This document shows, piece by piece, positions 49,236 to 52,720 of a DNA stretch of 52,720 nucleotides. Position 1 is the stretch's first letter; every line of letters begins with the position of its first letter. The DNA lies in the NCBI RefSeq assembly GCF_006345805.1, contig NW_021833935.1:1-52720 (forward strand), given 5' to 3'. The position numbers and the translations under genes were made by a program. Under the pieces are notes generated by a model that worked only from the letters and a program-made list of their open reading frames with translations, was not told where the DNA came from and did not search any database. Source of the stretch: Octopus sinensis. Taxonomy: Eukaryota.

Positions 49236-49395
49236 GTGAAGCTACAAAAGACCTGGTGATTATTTCCGCAAACATGACTCCGATTAGAGATGTATTTAAA
49301 GGACAATTGTGCATGATAGATTAAAAATAAATCCATCTCTTATTTGAGTCATGTTAGCGGATTGAATTACCAGGTCTTTTGTTTTTTCACATTAC
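49231..49395. mobile_element. Short MITE/fold-back with ~62-bp arms
   Basis: GTAATGTGAAGCTACAAAAGACCTGGTGATTATTTCCGCAAACATGACTC vs reverse complement GTAATGTGAAAAACAAAAGACCTGGTAATTCAATCCGCTAACATGACTC. Confidence 0.82.
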
Positions 49396-49483
49396 TTATT
49401 TATATCTTCTCTTCTCAAGTTACGCTTGAGAATTTCTATGTCCAAACTTCTATATTGTAAGAGAATTTCTAATCAATCTTCTT

Positions 49484-49517
<34 letters not shown>

Positions 49518-49522
<5 letters not shown>

Positions 49523-49725
49523 CGGAGATGTACTTGCATAGCAAGTGACCTGATCTGTGATCGTGTGCTGGAACGAAAACTATTGCAGCGTGGAAGGTGT
49601 TTATAAGCCATTTAAGAAGCACACAGAAACCGTTAGATTCACTTCAATATATAAATTTAATGTGCCAAAATATTTTCGTCGCTTCGAGACCGCAACCTGC
49701 TCACTGAAAAATTCTCTACTGCATC
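49518..49725 (+). repeat. Interspersed repeat, unclassified (homologous to 37465-37695)
   Basis: See the 37465-37695 entry. Confidence 0.75.
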
Positions 49726-49746
49726 TCTCTTTTCTCTCTCTCTCTC

Positions 49747-49800
<54 letters not shown>

Positions 49801-49879
49801 AAATAGGGTAATAATAAATTATCATTACCAGTGGCCTAGCACAAAAGACGAATTAGGCATTAGACTGTATTATTCATAT

Positions 49880-50163
<284 letters not shown>

Positions 50164-50174
50164 TATACATATAT

Positions 50175-50400
50175 ATAGGGGGAGAATTCACAAAAAATAG
50201 ACGAAGACAGGTGGTGTAGACAACAAACAGATGTATTAGTTTAACGCTCGGGAAGTGAAAAGGTATTTAGCGTTTCGAGCCTACGCTCTTCCACAGAAGG
50301 AACACAGAAAGGAGAGAAAATAAAGTATGTGTAGTGGCTAGTGATCTATCATGGCGAATGCCGGACAGAGAAGTCACACAGGAGAGCCAGGAAGAAGGGG
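50175..50400 (-). mobile_element. Penelope-pLTR-like repeat with hammerhead-like motif (50262-50300)
   Basis: Minus strand CCTT-CTGTGGA-A-GAGC(GTAG)GCTC-GAAA-CGCT-AAA. Confidence 0.55.
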
Positions 50401-50417
50401 ATATATATATATATATA

Positions 50418-50633
50418 CGTGGGATCGCTGAAAGTTCTTGGCTTTGGATAAAAGAAAATACAGAAGGATCAGTTAAGTGATTTTATTGAACATTTTCCCC
50501 CTCTCAGACTCACACACTTATTACCGCGGTCCTTCAGTTTTTCTAAACCCTATAAAAGAACTCGGAAGGCTGGCTCCTACAACCAGGCCTTTCGGGTTAC
50601 TCTTACAGCCAAGATTTTTTCACCAGCCTCTCG
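50418..50633. mobile_element. Mariner-type MITE
   Basis: TA-CGTGGGATCGCTGAAAGTTCTTGGCT / reverse complement TA-CGAGAGGCTGGTGAAAAAATCTTGGCT. Confidence 0.78.
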
Positions 50634-50770
50634 TATATGTGTGTGTATGTATGTATATTCACATATACGCGTGTGCGAGTATATATGTGTGCATCTGACT
50701 ATATATAAATATGTAAACATACACACACATATGCATACACACATACATAAGTTTATGTGCTTGCGTGTGC

Positions 50771-50804
<34 letters not shown>

Positions 50805-51049
50805 ACTACACACAACACATTACACACGGAGATAACTTCAAGTTTCAGGTTTCGATAATTTCCGTCCAGGTTAATCAGTAAAGATTTTATATTGAGAAAC
50901 ACTCCTTATTTCCATTTCCGTTTCCGTCCCAGGCGGGAAGAAGAGGAAAGGGTGGGAAATGACGATGAAAATTTTGGTGATGGAAATGAATTACTTCCCC
51001 TTCAATGAGTAACGCTGTTATCTCTCAACTGAAATATGATGAAATAGTA

Positions 51050-51063
51050 ATATAATAATAATG

Positions 51064-51133
<70 letters not shown>
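51050..51133. repeat. (AAT)n microsatellite
   Basis: Direct repeat. Confidence 0.97.
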
Positions 51134-51135
<2 letters not shown>

Positions 51136-51274
51136 CACAAGAAATTATAAATGCAAAAACTGAGAGAAGGATGAGAAATTTTAAGAAAAATGGGTAAAGA
51201 ATAAAATTAATAAAATCGAAACGATTTTGTAATTATGTATATGTGTGTGCGCGCGCGCGTGTGTGTGTCGTTTA

Positions 51275-51645
51275 TCTCTTACTTGCTTCAGTCATTTGAC
51301 TGCGGCCTTGTTGGGGTGCCACTACAAAAGGCGAAGTTGAACAAATCGAGCCCATTAGGTATTTATTCCATCGGTTTCTTTTGCCGAACCGCTAACCATC
51401 TGGAACGTAAACAAACAAACACTAACTATCAAGTGAGGGACAAACACAGACACTAAAATCCATACTTACACACATACACACACACACGGGTTTCCACACA
51501 GTTTCCGTCTATTAAATTCATCCACAAGGCATTACTCGATTTGGAGCTATGTTTGAAGACACTTGCCAAAGGCGCCGAAAATATCAGGCTGAAACCGAAA
51601 CAGCAAAAGTTGAAAGCAAGGTTCTTAACCACACAGTTAAACCTC
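51275..51645 (-). mobile_element. SINE family B, degenerate
   Basis: CTTCAGTCATTTGACTGCGGCC tail (reverse complement) and GAAGACACTTGCC core. Confidence 0.8.
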
Positions 51646-52720
51646 CATATGAATTAATTTGCGTATGTATTAAGACAGCTAGTCTATAATAAAATAAGCT
51701 GCTAATTAATTACTTAGAGTTGCAAAAGCAATTTATAATGTTCAAAGTGTTTAGAAAATTTTTATGAATTCCAGTTTTCATATACTACTGTTCACAAGAT
51801 TCCTTATGTGAATTCGTATGTTGAAACAAATTTTGTTGTGTCTGGGGAGAGTCATAGTCCCTTAATATTACAAACACTCACCAGTTCAATTACCAGTCAT
51901 TTATTTATTTACTTATTACGAAAAGCATTTTCGTCACCACATTTGCGATCGTATCAATGGATTTTGACTCTGGCTGACAGACAGTCGGAGTCAAAATCCA
52001 TTGATACAATCGCAAATGCAGACACAACAAAGATTTCATATTTTTTTTATCAAAATTAGGTTTTCAAACTTCTTTTACTATCGAAGATTTAAGCACACGT
52101 TTCAGTCACAAAGCTCATTTTTACTCATTTCGACATACGTTTCTCTCTCTCCATCTCTCTCCCTACCCCTGACCCCCCTCTCTCTCTCTCTTTTCTCTCT
52201 CTCTCTCTCTCCTGCTCTGTACCTCTGCCGTAAGGCTTCATTTCCACACACGCCAGCTTAATTCAATTCGTCCTTAGTCAAAAGACACCTGTTGTTATGT
52301 CCTGTTATTATTTTTATTGTATTTATATTTGTGTAACATTGTCCGTTTTTTCCGTCCTTGTTTTTGTATACATTCGATGCTTTCTTCCAAGGAATCTAAT
52401 ACTCTTTGCTTAGTTTTTCCTTGGGGCTGGTCAGATTGGAGCAATCTCAAGAATAATCAGCCGAAAATGCGAGGATAGTCTGGTTCTTAACTGAAGATAG
52501 AAAACTTCAAATGACCCATCCTTGTTTTCTTTGTATCGTCTATCTGGATGTTTTGTTGTCCCTTTTCGTATTACCTAGTTGTCCGGATGTTTTGCGTTCT
52601 TGTCCCATTTTGTTTATATATATATATATATTATATAGATATATTTATCTAAATATATATATTCTACTACTCTTTACTCTCGCTTTTACTCTTTTACTTG
52701 CTTCAGTCATTTGACTGCGG

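Overview
AT-rich, repeat-saturated animal genomic DNA with no confidently identifiable host protein-coding exon, so it is intronic or intergenic. The SINE families, (TA)n/(TATG)n/(GATA)n microsatellites and LINE types look like a coleoid cephalopod, most likely Octopus; this is inferred from pattern recognition, not a search. The window is a transposon graveyard. It holds decayed non-LTR retroelements (CR1/L2-like, R4/Dong-like, two RTE types, an I/Jockey/Nimb-like endonuclease) and IS630-Tc1-mariner transposons with three catalytic spacings (DD34D, DD37D-like, DD36E). It also holds at least eight MITE/fold-back elements and dozens of tRNA-derived SINEs, which I label A-D for convenience. Nearly all ORFs in the supplied track are microsatellite or TE artefacts. 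Most interesting: (1) minimal hammerhead-ribozyme-like folds in three unrelated repeat families, one of them a tRNA-headed SINE with a Penelope-like inverted tail copy; (2) an R4/Dong element embedded in a (CATA)n array; (3) SINE-LINE shared 3' tails with covarying stem-loops; (4) SINE arrays with a fixed hairpin junction; (5) a DD36E Tc1; (6) two unidentified decayed coding-like islands.
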